Source: an uncultured delta proteobacterium (lineage in GTDB: Bacteria; Desulfobacterota; Syntrophia; Syntrophales; UBA2185). From it: a stretch of DNA of 64,000 nt. The DNA lies in the NCBI GenBank assembly GCA_963729715.1, contig CAVSPA010000005.1:416001-480000 (forward strand). The letters are read 5' to 3'. The notes beneath the pieces are model-generated. The model was given only the letters and a program-made list of their open reading frames with translations. It did not search any database and was not told the DNA's origin. Shown here one piece after another: positions 28,182-37,703 of this stretch. The translations under genes and the position numbers were made by a program. Position 1 is the stretch's first letter; each line of letters opens with the position of its first letter.

Positions 28182-29207
28182 ATGCGTTACGTAAAATTGG
28201 GAAAGACAGGTTTGAAGATTTCGGAGGTGGGATTCGGTGGAATTCCCATTATCCGCCTCGACATGGACACAGCGGTAGCGGTGCTTCGCCGCGCCTACGA
28301 GCGGGGGATCACCTTTTACGATACGGCCAATATTTACCGTGACAGCGAGGAGAAAATCGGGCGAGCTTTTGACGGCAGGCGAAAAAAAATTGTGCTCGCG
28401 ACCAAGACGTTTCAGAGAAACGCCGCCAACGTGACGAAGCACATCGAAAATAGTTTGCGCATGCTGAAGACGGATTATCTCGACCTATACCAACTCCACC
28501 AGGTAGCCCAGGAGAGGGATCTCCTTGCGATCAGCGCGCCCGGCGGGGCGCTGGAAGCCGTGATGAAGGCCCATAAACAGGGAAAGGTGCGGTTTATAGG
28601 CGTCACTTCGCATAACTTTGCAATGGCCGTAAAACTGGTAAAGACCGGCCTCTTTGCCACCGTTCAGTTCCCATTCAATTTTATCGAGGATGAACCAAAG
28701 AATGAACTGCACCCCGAGGCGCGCAAGCAGGACATGGGCATTCTGGCGATGAAACCCTTTGCCGGCGGCGTGATTGACAATGCAAGGATCGCCATTAAAT
28801 TCCTGCGCCAGCATCATGACGTTATTCCCCTTGTGGGCTTCGATTCAGTCGCATCTGTGGACGAAGTCGCCTCCTTTTACGAGCGCGCGAACAGGGTAAC
28901 CAAGAAAGACCGGGAACTTATGGACAAATATCGCATTGAACTTGGCAAGCAGTTTTGCCACAGGTGTGAATATTGCCAGCCATGTCCTCACGGCGTCATG
29001 ATTACACCGGCTATGGCTTACAAGGTCGTTGCCTCCAGGATGTCGCCGGCTGTCGCCGTTGACTTTTCCCGGGTGATGATGGAGAGCGTGAAGCTGTGTG
29101 AGGAATGCGGGGAGTGCGAGGAACGCTGTCCGTATGAACTGCCCGTCCAGGAAATGCTCAAGGCCAATTACGATCTGTACGAGCGGCACCGCGCCGGGCT
29201 TAAGTAA
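28182..29207 (+). CDS. Aldo/keto reductase with C-terminal 4Fe-4S dicluster
   Basis: LGKTGLKISEVGFGGIP, YDTANIY, LATK, DLYQLH, CHRCEYCQPCP, CEECGECEERCP. Confidence 0.92.
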   Translation: MRYVKLGKTGLKISEVGFGGIPIIRLDMDTAVAVLRRAYERGITFYDTANIYRDSEEKIGRAFDGRRKKIVLATKTFQRNAANVTKHIENSLRMLKTDYLDLYQLHQVAQERDLLAISAPGGALEAVMKAHKQGKVRFIGVTSHNFAMAVKLVKTGLFATVQFPFNFIEDEPKNELHPEARKQDMGILAMKPFAGGVIDNARIAIKFLRQHHDVIPLVGFDSVASVDEVASFYERANRVTKKDRELMDKYRIELGKQFCHRCEYCQPCPHGVMITPAMAYKVVASRMSPAVAVDFSRVMMESVKLCEECGECEERCPYELPVQEMLKANYDLYERHRAGLK

Positions 29208-29225
29208 ATTGAACATACCGTTCTT

Positions 29226-29259
29226 GTCATTTCGAAGGAGCAGTGCGACTGAGAAATCT
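29226..29259 (+). repeat. Short REP-like GTCATT...GAGAAATCT repeat
   Basis: gtcatttcgaaggagcagtgcgactgagaaatct. Confidence 0.55.
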
Positions 29260-29314
29260 GTGGTGCAAAAAAAATGGGAACATGGCAACTAACTTCCTTA
29301 CGGGAGATACTATT

Positions 29315-29923
29315 ATGAAAACTCGATTGAGCCGCATGGGCATAGCCCTCATCATTGGCCTTTTTTTTCTTTCATCCTGTGGAGGGACAAAATTAAGCAG
29401 CCCCTGGGTTGACAGCGCCTACGAAGGGCGTTATCTGAAAAGCGTTTTGATTGTGGCAATTTCGGATCAAGTCGAAAAAAAGAAATTGGAAGACGCCTTC
29501 GCGAAACATTTTCAGGAGCGTGGTGTAAAGGCAGTCTCTCTTGCATCGATAACCGAGAAGAAGGAACTGACGAGCGCCGAAGTAAGGGCTGAGGCGGCAC
29601 GGTTGAGTATGGATGCAATATTTACTGTCCGCGTGGTCAGCATCGGAGAAAAGGAGGTTATAGACAGCTTCGCTCCGCCACCCGAGGCCTCGCCCGGTTG
29701 GAGTTATTCCTGGCCTATATACACTCTGCAGACACCACCTGCCACGTACAATATTGAAGAGAAGGACATTGTTGTGGAAAGCAATCTCTACGACGCTGCG
29801 ACGGGAAAATTAATGTGGAGAGTCCGTTCCGAGATCATCAAGCCCGGTTCCACGGCCAAACTTATCGATGAGATGTCCAGGAAGGTCATGAAAAATATCA
29901 GAGGCGACAGATTGATCAGATAA
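29315..29923 (+). CDS. Lipoprotein of unknown function
   Basis: Lipobox FLSS-C after hydrophobic stretch; ESNLYDAATGKLMW; GGAG RBS. Confidence 0.75.
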   Translation: MKTRLSRMGIALIIGLFFLSSCGGTKLSSPWVDSAYEGRYLKSVLIVAISDQVEKKKLEDAFAKHFQERGVKAVSLASITEKKELTSAEVRAEAARLSMDAIFTVRVVSIGEKEVIDSFAPPPEASPGWSYSWPIYTLQTPPATYNIEEKDIVVESNLYDAATGKLMWRVRSEIIKPGSTAKLIDEMSRKVMKNIRGDRLIR

Positions 29924-30001
29924 GGATCCGGCCTGAAAGATCTGGAAACCCATAAGCGGACAGGCAGCCGGGTCGAGCCCTGAATAAGAGATAGAGGTTT
30001 T

Positions 30002-30775
30002 ATGGCCTTTTTAGTAGGTTTGCTTGCAGGCGCCTTCGGAGGATTCGTAGGCCTCGGCGGCGGCGCCATTACGATCCCCTTCATGGTGGACATCCTCAAG
30101 GTAGACCAGCACAAGGCACATGGGACAAACCTCGTAACCATAGTATTCACGGGAATTGCAGGCGCCATCATGTATAGCCTTGAGGGCAATATCGATCTCA
30201 CCGCTGCCGTTCTCTTGGCCGCACCTGCCATCCTCACCACCCGCGCGGGCTGCCGTTTTGCTCACTCCCTTCCCGAGTGGAAGCTCAAACGTTCCTTCGG
30301 CTATTTTGTGATATTCATGTCACTCCTCCTCCTTGCCAAGCCCTATCTGCCCGGGATTCAGGGCATGGAGAAGGGATGGCAGGCCGCTGCCGTCCTCCTT
30401 TCCACGGGCGTCTTCCTCGGATTTCTCTCCGGTATGCTGGGCGTCGGCGGTGGAATCATCATGGTGCCCGCCATGGTGTTGCTTACGGGTTTTACACAGC
30501 ACACCGCACAGGGCACCTCGCTCCTTGCCATGGTCCCGATAGGCAGCGTTGGCGCCTACACCCACTGGAAACTCGGCAATGTGAAGACAGATATTCTGGC
30601 AGGTATGATTTTCGGGATACTGATAGGGGCCTGCATCGGGGGTACTCTTGCCCATTATTTCTCAGAAGGAGGCCTGCGGATCGCCTTTGCGGTTGTTCTC
30701 ATATGGACAGGTGCTCGCTACGTGCGGGCAAAGGAGCCGATTGATGACACCGACGGCGCAACGTGTCTGCCATGA
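30002..30775 (+). CDS. TauE/SafE (TSUP) family exporter
   Basis: Duplicated G..G.GGG...P and AxGTxL motifs. Confidence 0.92.
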   Translation: MAFLVGLLAGAFGGFVGLGGGAITIPFMVDILKVDQHKAHGTNLVTIVFTGIAGAIMYSLEGNIDLTAAVLLAAPAILTTRAGCRFAHSLPEWKLKRSFGYFVIFMSLLLLAKPYLPGIQGMEKGWQAAAVLLSTGVFLGFLSGMLGVGGGIIMVPAMVLLTGFTQHTAQGTSLLAMVPIGSVGAYTHWKLGNVKTDILAGMIFGILIGACIGGTLAHYFSEGGLRIAFAVVLIWTGARYVRAKEPIDDTDGATCLP

Positions 30776-30893
30776 CGCTTGCACTTTTCTTCTTCATGGC
30801 ACTTTTCTTTTTTCATCTGGCGCATATATTTCGCACATCAGCTGAAAGCTCAAACACGACCGAAATGCACCTGCCTCCGATATAGGCCAAGAC

Positions 30894-31262
30894 CTACGAT
30901 GATTGCTGATCTCCGGGTTTATCCGCGATATTTATGTCTTCAGATTTCTTGCTCGCCTTAACGTTCCTGTAATCCTCAAAGGCCAGGTAGATCATCAACG
31001 AGTCGACGACGACCGCGCCGATCCGGCTTGCTCCCTCCGTGTACATCAGCGTAGTTGCAATATCTGTGACGCCGATGACGGCGCAAAGAACATCACCCCA
31101 CGGCTTCCTTCCGTATATGCCGATAATCGCCGCCAGATAAATACAGAACATGACGAGCGGGCCGGGATTCAAGGAAGTCATGAGCGATTCGATCTGGCCG
31201 AAGATTCGCAGCCCGAGGAGCATGAGCATAGCTATAGCTGTTGGACTAAACTTTTTTTTCAC
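30894..31262 (-). CDS. Hypothetical membrane protein (about 4 TM)
   Basis: 122-aa hydrophobic ORF, GTG start. Confidence 0.6.
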   Translation of the reverse strand: MKKKFSPTAIAMLMLLGLRIFGQIESLMTSLNPGPLVMFCIYLAAIIGIYGRKPWGDVLCAVIGVTDIATTLMYTEGASRIGAVVVDSLMIYLAFEDYRNVKASKKSEDINIADKPGDQQSS

Positions 31263-31458
31263 GGATTCGTCTTCATAATGACATGCTTAACGTGCAGGCT
31301 TGTCTTCCCGACAGGAAGCGCTTTTTTCGTTGACGAAGTATTAGGGCAAAAGGAGTTCTTTGTCAACAAGAAAGGGCCTCAAAGGATTGTGAATGCCTTC
31401 GGTTGGTTTAAAAGTACAAAGTCCTGGGCGATATTTCGTTGCTCATGAGACGGATGAT

Positions 31459-31602
31459 TTATAATGATGCCGCAGCGTCAAATCTGGGCAGCGTCGAGAG
31501 AAGTCGATTCTCAACTGCTTCCTCCACTTTGCCTATGCTGAAGGGCTTGGAGAAACAAATATCGGCGCCTGCATCCTTAAATGCCTTCAGCGCAGGGATG
31601 AT
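31459..31602 (-). pseudogene. C-terminal remnant of a response-regulator receiver domain
   Basis: Manual translation ...ALKAFKDAGADICFSKPFSIGKVEEAVENRL...*; in-frame stop immediately upstream, no ATG in the fragment. Confidence 0.55.
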
Positions 31603-31670
31603 TTATTCGATTCAAAAATTTGCATGCGAAATTTTTCAACCACCATCAGAAGTATTATGTGGATGATTGC

Positions 31671-31686
31671 AGCAAGAGGCATACCA
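31671..31686 (-). promoter_or_regulatory. Sigma54 (-24/-12) promoter upstream of the receiver remnant
   Basis: Minus strand TGGTATGCCTCTTGCT, i.e. GG-N10-GC. Confidence 0.55.
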
Positions 31687-31931
31687 GATGATGGCGATGC
31701 CATACAAGCAATTAATATCAAAACGTAATTGTTTATCTGATGCTCTGAAAAAGATCCCGTGTGCATCCCAAAAGTGTAGGGATTATCATACGGGAAGAAG
31801 CTTCAATTCCGGTAAAGTGCCTTGATTGCTGCAATGACCGAGTGAAGGGTTTTTCCCTCAATCCTCTTTTCTTGACACAAGGATATTTAAAAGGTTACTA
31901 ATATTGCAAGAAACAACCTGAAGGCAGATCA

Positions 31932-33296
31932 ATGCAGAAGAAAGGCTTTTGGCAGGGCCTTTATCAAAAACTTGCGTCCCGGAAACTTACGGTCGCCATA
32001 TTTCTCGTCCTTGCCGCCGCATCCGTCATAGGAACCCTGCTGCCACAAGGGCTCGGCGAAGCGGAGCTCCAGAGACACTATAGCGAGCGTGCCATCTGGT
32101 TTATCACGACCTTCGGCTTGAATGACCTCTACCATACCGGATGGTTTCGACTCCTCCTTCTTATCCTGTGTGCCAACCTCGTCGTCTGCACCATCGAGCG
32201 ACTGCCTAAGACACTGAAGATCTTCCGGCGCCGTGAAGAGCAGGTGGACCCCGAGAAGCTCGCCAAGTGCAGCCTCAACTGTCAGTTCACCTCAACATTT
32301 TCCCGGGATGAAACCGAAGCGCGGCTCACCAGAATTATTTCAGAAGAGTTCGGCGTCTTGCATAGGCTCGATGAAACCGATCACTTGGCGGGAGTGGCCG
32401 AGAAAGGCCGCTGGAGTCCTCTCATGGTCTATGTCGTCCATCTGAGTGTCCTGCTGGTGCTCTGCGGCGCTCTCGTCGGTTCCATATTCGGCTTCAAGGG
32501 TTTCATGAACATCCCCGAAGGGGAAGCCACAAACGAAGTCATGCTCGATGGCAGCGATCGCGGAATGAATCTTCCTTTTCAGATTCGGTGCGACAGATTC
32601 GACGTGTCTTATTATGACAACGGCATGCCGCGGGAATTCCGCTCGGATCTGACGCTGATCCGCGATGGGAAGGAGGTCCTCAAGCGGGAGCTGCGGGTGA
32701 ACGATCCTCTCACGTATGAAGGCATCACCTTCTATCAGGCATCCTACGGCGCCATACTCAAGGATGCGGATGTGGAACTCACGGACAGAGAATCGGGAGC
32801 CGTTCGCAGGCTCGTCATTCCCTTCCGGGAATGGGTGGATATTCCCGGCACGCGGGACAGGGCGCAGATACTCCGGTTCGACGCGGACTTCCGGGGACTC
32901 GGCCCCGTAATGGTTCTGATCACTTCGAGGGCCGGCGGAGAGCCCTCAGGTTCGCGGATCCTCATCGAGAGGGATTTTCATGGCAACAGGGTTGAGAACT
33001 ACAATGTGAGAGTCTTACACGCCACCCGGATACCTTACACCGGTCTGCAGGTGAAGCAGGACCCGGGCGTATGGCTTGTCTGGCTGGGCTTTGCGGCGAT
33101 GCTGGTGGGAATAGGTCTCACCTATTATGTAAGCCATCGCAGATTGTGGGTATGGGCAGCGGGCGAGGCGGGGACAAAGATTGTCATCGCCGGAAGAACC
33201 AACAGGAATGAAATATCTTTCGAACAGGAATTCAACAGACTGTGCGACCGCCTACAGGCTGAGCTGGGACAAGGGGGAGGAGGAAGCAGGCCATGA
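31932..33296 (+). CDS. resB: Cytochrome c biogenesis system II protein ResB/Ccs1
   Basis: SVIGTLLPQ, VHLS, VNDPL.YEGITFYQASY, TGLQV.QDPG. Confidence 0.92.
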   Translation: MQKKGFWQGLYQKLASRKLTVAIFLVLAAASVIGTLLPQGLGEAELQRHYSERAIWFITTFGLNDLYHTGWFRLLLLILCANLVVCTIERLPKTLKIFRRREEQVDPEKLAKCSLNCQFTSTFSRDETEARLTRIISEEFGVLHRLDETDHLAGVAEKGRWSPLMVYVVHLSVLLVLCGALVGSIFGFKGFMNIPEGEATNEVMLDGSDRGMNLPFQIRCDRFDVSYYDNGMPREFRSDLTLIRDGKEVLKRELRVNDPLTYEGITFYQASYGAILKDADVELTDRESGAVRRLVIPFREWVDIPGTRDRAQILRFDADFRGLGPVMVLITSRAGGEPSGSRILIERDFHGNRVENYNVRVLHATRIPYTGLQVKQDPGVWLVWLGFAAMLVGIGLTYYVSHRRLWVWAAGEAGTKIVIAGRTNRNEISFEQEFNRLCDRLQAELGQGGGGSRP

Positions 33297-34141
33297 TTAC
33301 GAGCTCGATCCTTCTTGCCATAACCACCTTTGCCTATCTCCTCTGTGCGCTTCTCTATCTTGCGGGAGTCATTTTTCGCCGCCGTACGATTATGCTCTGG
33401 GGCAGTGTCACTGGTGCGGCTACGCTTATCATACAAATGGCGGGAATGATTCTCCGCTGGCGGGAATCCTACCAGATAGGTTACGGGCATGCGCCTCTTT
33501 CCAATCTTTATGAATCATTGGTATTCGCAGCCTGGGCGATCATACTCATTTATCTCGTCATGGAATACCGGACCAAGCAGCGGGCTCTCGGTGTGTTCCC
33601 CGCTCTCTTCGCCTTCCTGGCAATGGCATACGCCTCATTCTCCATGGGTGTAAGCTCGAAGATTCAACCGCTTCTCCCCGCCCTGAAGAGCAATTGGCTC
33701 ATCGCCCATGTCGTCACCTGCTTCATTGGCTATGCTGCCTTTGCGCTTTCGTTCGGCATCAGCATCCTCTATATCGCAAGGGAATCGAAAAAGGAGACCT
33801 CCGGCACTTCACGCTCCCTGCTTCCCGATCTCAGGCAACTCGACGAGCTCAACTATCAGATGGTGCTCTTCGGGTTTCTCTGGCTGTCGCTGGGGATCAT
33901 CACAGGTTCCGTCTGGGCGGATCTGGCGTGGGGCGCTTATTGGAGTTGGGACCCCAAGGAGACGTGGTCTCTGATTACCTGGCTGATATACGCGGCACTC
34001 CTCCACGCCCGTACCATGAAGGGATGGCGCGGCAACCGTGCGGCGTGGCTCTCCATCATCGGGTTCGGTTGCGTGCTCTTCACCTATTTCGGCGTCAACT
34101 TTCTTTTGGGCGGTTTGCATTCCTACGCTACTACAAAATAG
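33293..34141 (+). CDS. ccsB: Cytochrome c biogenesis system II heme-handling protein (ResC/CcsA-type)
   Basis: WWD motif WG.YWSWDPKETWS, PALKSNWL..HV, GLHSYA; ATGA overlap with resB. Confidence 0.93.
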   Translation: MITSSILLAITTFAYLLCALLYLAGVIFRRRTIMLWGSVTGAATLIIQMAGMILRWRESYQIGYGHAPLSNLYESLVFAAWAIILIYLVMEYRTKQRALGVFPALFAFLAMAYASFSMGVSSKIQPLLPALKSNWLIAHVVTCFIGYAAFALSFGISILYIARESKKETSGTSRSLLPDLRQLDELNYQMVLFGFLWLSLGIITGSVWADLAWGAYWSWDPKETWSLITWLIYAALLHARTMKGWRGNRAAWLSIIGFGCVLFTYFGVNFLLGGLHSYATTK

Positions 34142-34162
34142 GTTTCCGTACCCGGCTAAGAT

Positions 34163-35626
34163 TTATTGTTCAGTCTTTGCCTCCCGGAGAGCCGCCTCCA
34201 TGTACCGGTAGATTTCTTCAACATTTGGAGACACAACCTCCGGGTTCCCTCCCGTATATCGCCCGTACGAATCATTGAACCGCGCGGGTATGCGGCCGCA
34301 TAAAAACTCATCGAGGTAGCCCAGCTCAAAGTAGGCCTTCTTATGCGCAAGGTATTTATCTTCCGCATGTATATAGCCTGCGACGGCCCTGGCCACATTG
34401 CAAAGGCGAAGAAACCATTCCATGTCTATGTCATGGTAGGATTTGAAATAATATATCCCCTGCTCCTCCCGAAATTTGCCGTCCCTCACCAATGCCTCTT
34501 GGATTGGCGTCCCCGGGTAAGGAATCAGGGTCTCTGCATAGACAATCTCGGCCCCCATTTCAAAAATCCGTTTGGCAAGTAGAATGGTCTCGCGCATCGT
34601 GGCGATGGTATCACTGGGCCCGAACAAAATGAAATTGACGACCGGAGTCAAGTTCTGCTCTATGCAGTAAACCACACCGCGGATGATATCCTCCGGACCT
34701 GCACCTTTCCGGTAATAGTCAAGGACTTCGACAGAGCCCGACTCCGCGCCGACATACAATCCCCGAAAGCCGGCATCAGCTAATACGGAGGCCATAATAG
34801 GGTTTTGGCAGATATCGTCGATCCGGCCCTCCGCATAAAATTCCACCCCGCCGGCCAATCCCAGGCGCTGAATACAACGGCAGATCTCCCGGACCCGTTT
34901 CAGGCTGAAGGTGAAATTATCATCGGTGAACATGATCCTTTTGGCGCCGCCGGCGACTAAATCTTTGATCTCTTCCGCCAACGTGACGGCATCTCTCGTC
35001 CGGACTGTCCGCCGATACTGAGCTTGAATTGAACAGAAGGTGCAGTTGTGGTGGCAACCCCTGCTTGATGATATGCTCCTTGTCTTGTATTTTTCATTGC
35101 GAACGAGATGGTGGGCAGGCTTTGAGAGATCGTTCAGATTCTTTTGTAGGGCCCTGTCTGCATTGTGGATGATCTTGCCGTCGTCTCGGTAGCTAATCCC
35201 TTCAATGCCGGAAAATGCCTTTCCAGCGGTGAAGCTAAGGATCAACTCCCGGAATGACAGTTCTCCTTCACCTCTGACACAGACATCAATGTCGTCTTGC
35301 TTTCTCAAGATATCATCGAACATGACCGTCGCATGCATGCCGCCCATGACGGTCAGCACGGCTGGATTGAGATTTTTGGAGATCTCGCAGATCTCCTGTG
35401 CGGAGCGAAAGCTGTGGGACATAGCTGTCACGCCGACGACCTGTGGCGATGATCGACGGATCATATCCCTGAGGGCATCATGGCCTTCTTCAGGAGAGTA
35501 TATGTCGAGATCCAGGATCGATACATCGATGCCTTCCCAGAGGAGAGGTGCCGCCAGGCACTCCAGTCCCAATGGCGGAATTTCCGAGCACCCATTGTAT
35601 CTTGGATTGACGAGAAGCACTTTCAT
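34163..35626 (-). CDS. B12-binding-domain radical SAM protein
   Basis: PPLGL, GGMHAT, GEGE, SRGCHHNCTFC, FTDDNF, GAESGS, PYPGTP. Confidence 0.9.
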   Translation of the reverse strand: MKVLLVNPRYNGCSEIPPLGLECLAAPLLWEGIDVSILDLDIYSPEEGHDALRDMIRRSSPQVVGVTAMSHSFRSAQEICEISKNLNPAVLTVMGGMHATVMFDDILRKQDDIDVCVRGEGELSFRELILSFTAGKAFSGIEGISYRDDGKIIHNADRALQKNLNDLSKPAHHLVRNEKYKTRSISSSRGCHHNCTFCSIQAQYRRTVRTRDAVTLAEEIKDLVAGGAKRIMFTDDNFTFSLKRVREICRCIQRLGLAGGVEFYAEGRIDDICQNPIMASVLADAGFRGLYVGAESGSVEVLDYYRKGAGPEDIIRGVVYCIEQNLTPVVNFILFGPSDTIATMRETILLAKRIFEMGAEIVYAETLIPYPGTPIQEALVRDGKFREEQGIYYFKSYHDIDMEWFLRLCNVARAVAGYIHAEDKYLAHKKAYFELGYLDEFLCGRIPARFNDSYGRYTGGNPEVVSPNVEEIYRYMEAALREAKTEQ

Positions 35627-35837
35627 TTTGATCGACGAGTGTCCTTTATATTAGTTGTCCTGCCGACCTGCCTTTAGCGCTTGTGCCATAGATTAAGTGA
35701 GAGTCTTGCTTCTTTGTGAGGGTTGAATTAATGATGACTGCTCCAGGTATCGAGCGTCCTGTCCAAATTAGGCACGTGAAACTACGGAAGCAATGTCCGA
35801 GCCGCGTTATAATTCGAGGATATACCGAAAGCTGAAT

Positions 35838-35859
35838 ATAAATCTTCGGTGATTTATAA
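35838..35859 (-). terminator. Hairpin just 3' of tRNA-Sec (possible terminator)
   Basis: tataaatc-ttcggt-gatttata inverted repeat; AT-rich and weak. Confidence 0.4.
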
Positions 35860-35863
35860 AGAT

Positions 35864-35961
35864 TGGCGGAAGTGCATGGGAATCGAACCCACCTGGGACG
35901 GTTCTAGCGCCCCACACTGGATTTGAAGTCCAGGAGGCCCACCAGTGACCTTGGCACTTCC
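35864..35961 (-). tRNA. selC: tRNA-Sec (anticodon UCA)
   Basis: Reverse complement GGAAGTGC...CTGGA-CTTCAAA-TCCAG, long variable arm, GGTTCGATTCC, GCACTTCC-GCCA; 8-bp acceptor stem, encoded CCA. Confidence 0.96.
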
Positions 35962-35967
35962 GCACGA

Positions 35968-37209
35968 TTACGGATACTGAGGCTTAAGCATTTGTTCGAG
36001 AGACGCGTCGAGCAACTGAACGGCTACCTCTTCACCTTTTTTCACAGAGGTCGTATTTTCCGGCAGGATAATAAGGCCATTGGCTCTGACCATTGACTTC
36101 AGTATGCCGGATCCTTGATTTCCCGTAGATGTTACAGTGTAATTCCCGTTCTTGTAATCGACGCGGGCCCTGATAAAATGCCTCGCCCCTTTCTTTTTTA
36201 TGATGTCTTCCCGAACTGTCGCTTTGACAGTCCTCCTGAACAGATTCTTATGGCCCATCATCTTAAGAATTGACGGTCTGACAAACTGTTCAAAGGCGAT
36301 CATCGACGATACGGGATTGCCCGGCAGTCCGAAAAGAGGAACACCGCCCATGGAGCCGAAGGCAAGGGGCCTGCCGGGCCTCATGGCAACCCGCCAGAAC
36401 TGCATTTTGTTCCCCACTTCCTTCATCACATCCTTGACGAGATCGTAATCTCCCACCGATACGCCGCCAGATGAAACTATAATATCAGCGCGCAGGGCGG
36501 CTTTGAATTTTGAGACAAGGTCCTCTCTCGTATCTTTCGCGATGCCTATCTGAAGGGGAATACCGCCGCAGTCAATAATCTGGGCAGCGAGGGAGTAGCT
36601 GTTGCTGCTCACTATCTGCCACGGGCTTGGATGTTCATCAATATCGACCAGTTCATCTCCTGTGGCCACGACGGCAACTACGGCCCTCTGGTATGCACTT
36701 ATAGAGGAACGGCCCAGCGACGCGAGCATTCCTGTTTCCGCCGGTCTGATGATATGGCCCCGGGGAATGACGAGCTCCCCGTCTTTGATATCTTCGCCTG
36801 CAAATCTTATATCCTGGCCCTCTTCAGCCTCTGCGAATATTTTGACCTTCCGTTCCTGCTTCGCCGTGTCTTCCACTCTCACGACGGCGTCGGCGCCGTC
36901 CGGAACAGGAGCGCCGGTCATGATCCTCGATGACTCGCCTTTGCCGACAGCCTTTTGAGGAATAGCCCCGGCGGGCAGATTTTCGATGACATTGAGAACG
37001 ACGGGCTTCTCTCTCGAAGCACCCCGGGTATCTTCCCAGCGCAAGGCATAGCCGTCCATAGCCGAGTTATTTTTTGGCGGAATGTTCCTGGCTGCGTATA
37101 TATCCTCGCCGATGACCCTTCCCAGGGAATTTAGGATGTTAACCTTCTCCTGCCCTAATGGAACAAATACATCGAGAATCTTATGCAAAGCATCTTCAAC
37201 GCTGATCAT
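35968..37209 (-). CDS. moeA: Molybdopterin molybdotransferase MoeA
   Basis: SAMDGYA, RIMTGAP, TGDEL, SGGVSVGDYD, GLPGNPVS. Confidence 0.95.
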   Translation of the reverse strand: MISVEDALHKILDVFVPLGQEKVNILNSLGRVIGEDIYAARNIPPKNNSAMDGYALRWEDTRGASREKPVVLNVIENLPAGAIPQKAVGKGESSRIMTGAPVPDGADAVVRVEDTAKQERKVKIFAEAEEGQDIRFAGEDIKDGELVIPRGHIIRPAETGMLASLGRSSISAYQRAVVAVVATGDELVDIDEHPSPWQIVSSNSYSLAAQIIDCGGIPLQIGIAKDTREDLVSKFKAALRADIIVSSGGVSVGDYDLVKDVMKEVGNKMQFWRVAMRPGRPLAFGSMGGVPLFGLPGNPVSSMIAFEQFVRPSILKMMGHKNLFRRTVKATVREDIIKKKGARHFIRARVDYKNGNYTVTSTGNQGSGILKSMVRANGLIILPENTTSVKKGEEVAVQLLDASLEQMLKPQYP

Positions 37210-37362
37210 CGTCTGATATCTAAAAAACCTGACACCCGAGAAGTTAAGCCGCAAAGTCAAGCAATGCGGGGGCCCGCGCATGAGCAATACTGATATTTTT
37301 CATCGGCTTATAATATTTCTCCCTTCCGTCTAATGACAGAGGGGAGATTTTCAAAGCCCTCA

Positions 37363-37480
37363 TTGAAGCTCTCCGCAGCAGGCTGCGGAGAATCTTCGAT
37401 TCTTAAGGAAAAGTGCCGTTCGGCATTCGCTCGCTTACCCCGCAGCAAGCCGCGGGGAATGCACTCGCTACCGAATTCAA
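37363..37480 (+). mobile_element. Palindromic miniature element, copy 2 (longest; two hairpins), IS200/IS605-end-like
   Basis: TTGAA...ctccgcagcaggctgcggag...ccccgcagcaagccgcgggg...accgaaTTCAA. Confidence 0.75.
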
Positions 37481-37703
37481 CACTGGTTCTTTAAAATAGC
37501 TATCCCAAATGCCCCCCCTTGTCAATAACTAAGGTGGGCATGTTTATCCTTGAATAAAATATGTGTATGATATAGGTGAAGTTTCCTGGCTGGCAAGCCC
37601 CCGGGACGATGCTTGCCATTTAGCAAATGAGTGCATATTAATATAAGAGATTTCCGATCCGGTAGTTTCTCTCCTCGTTGAACGGGATCGCAGAGCTTTT
37701 TAC

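Noticed and set aside
35864..35890. selC 3' end as the att site of an integrated element
   Set aside because: No second copy of the tRNA 3' end and no integrase seen in the window
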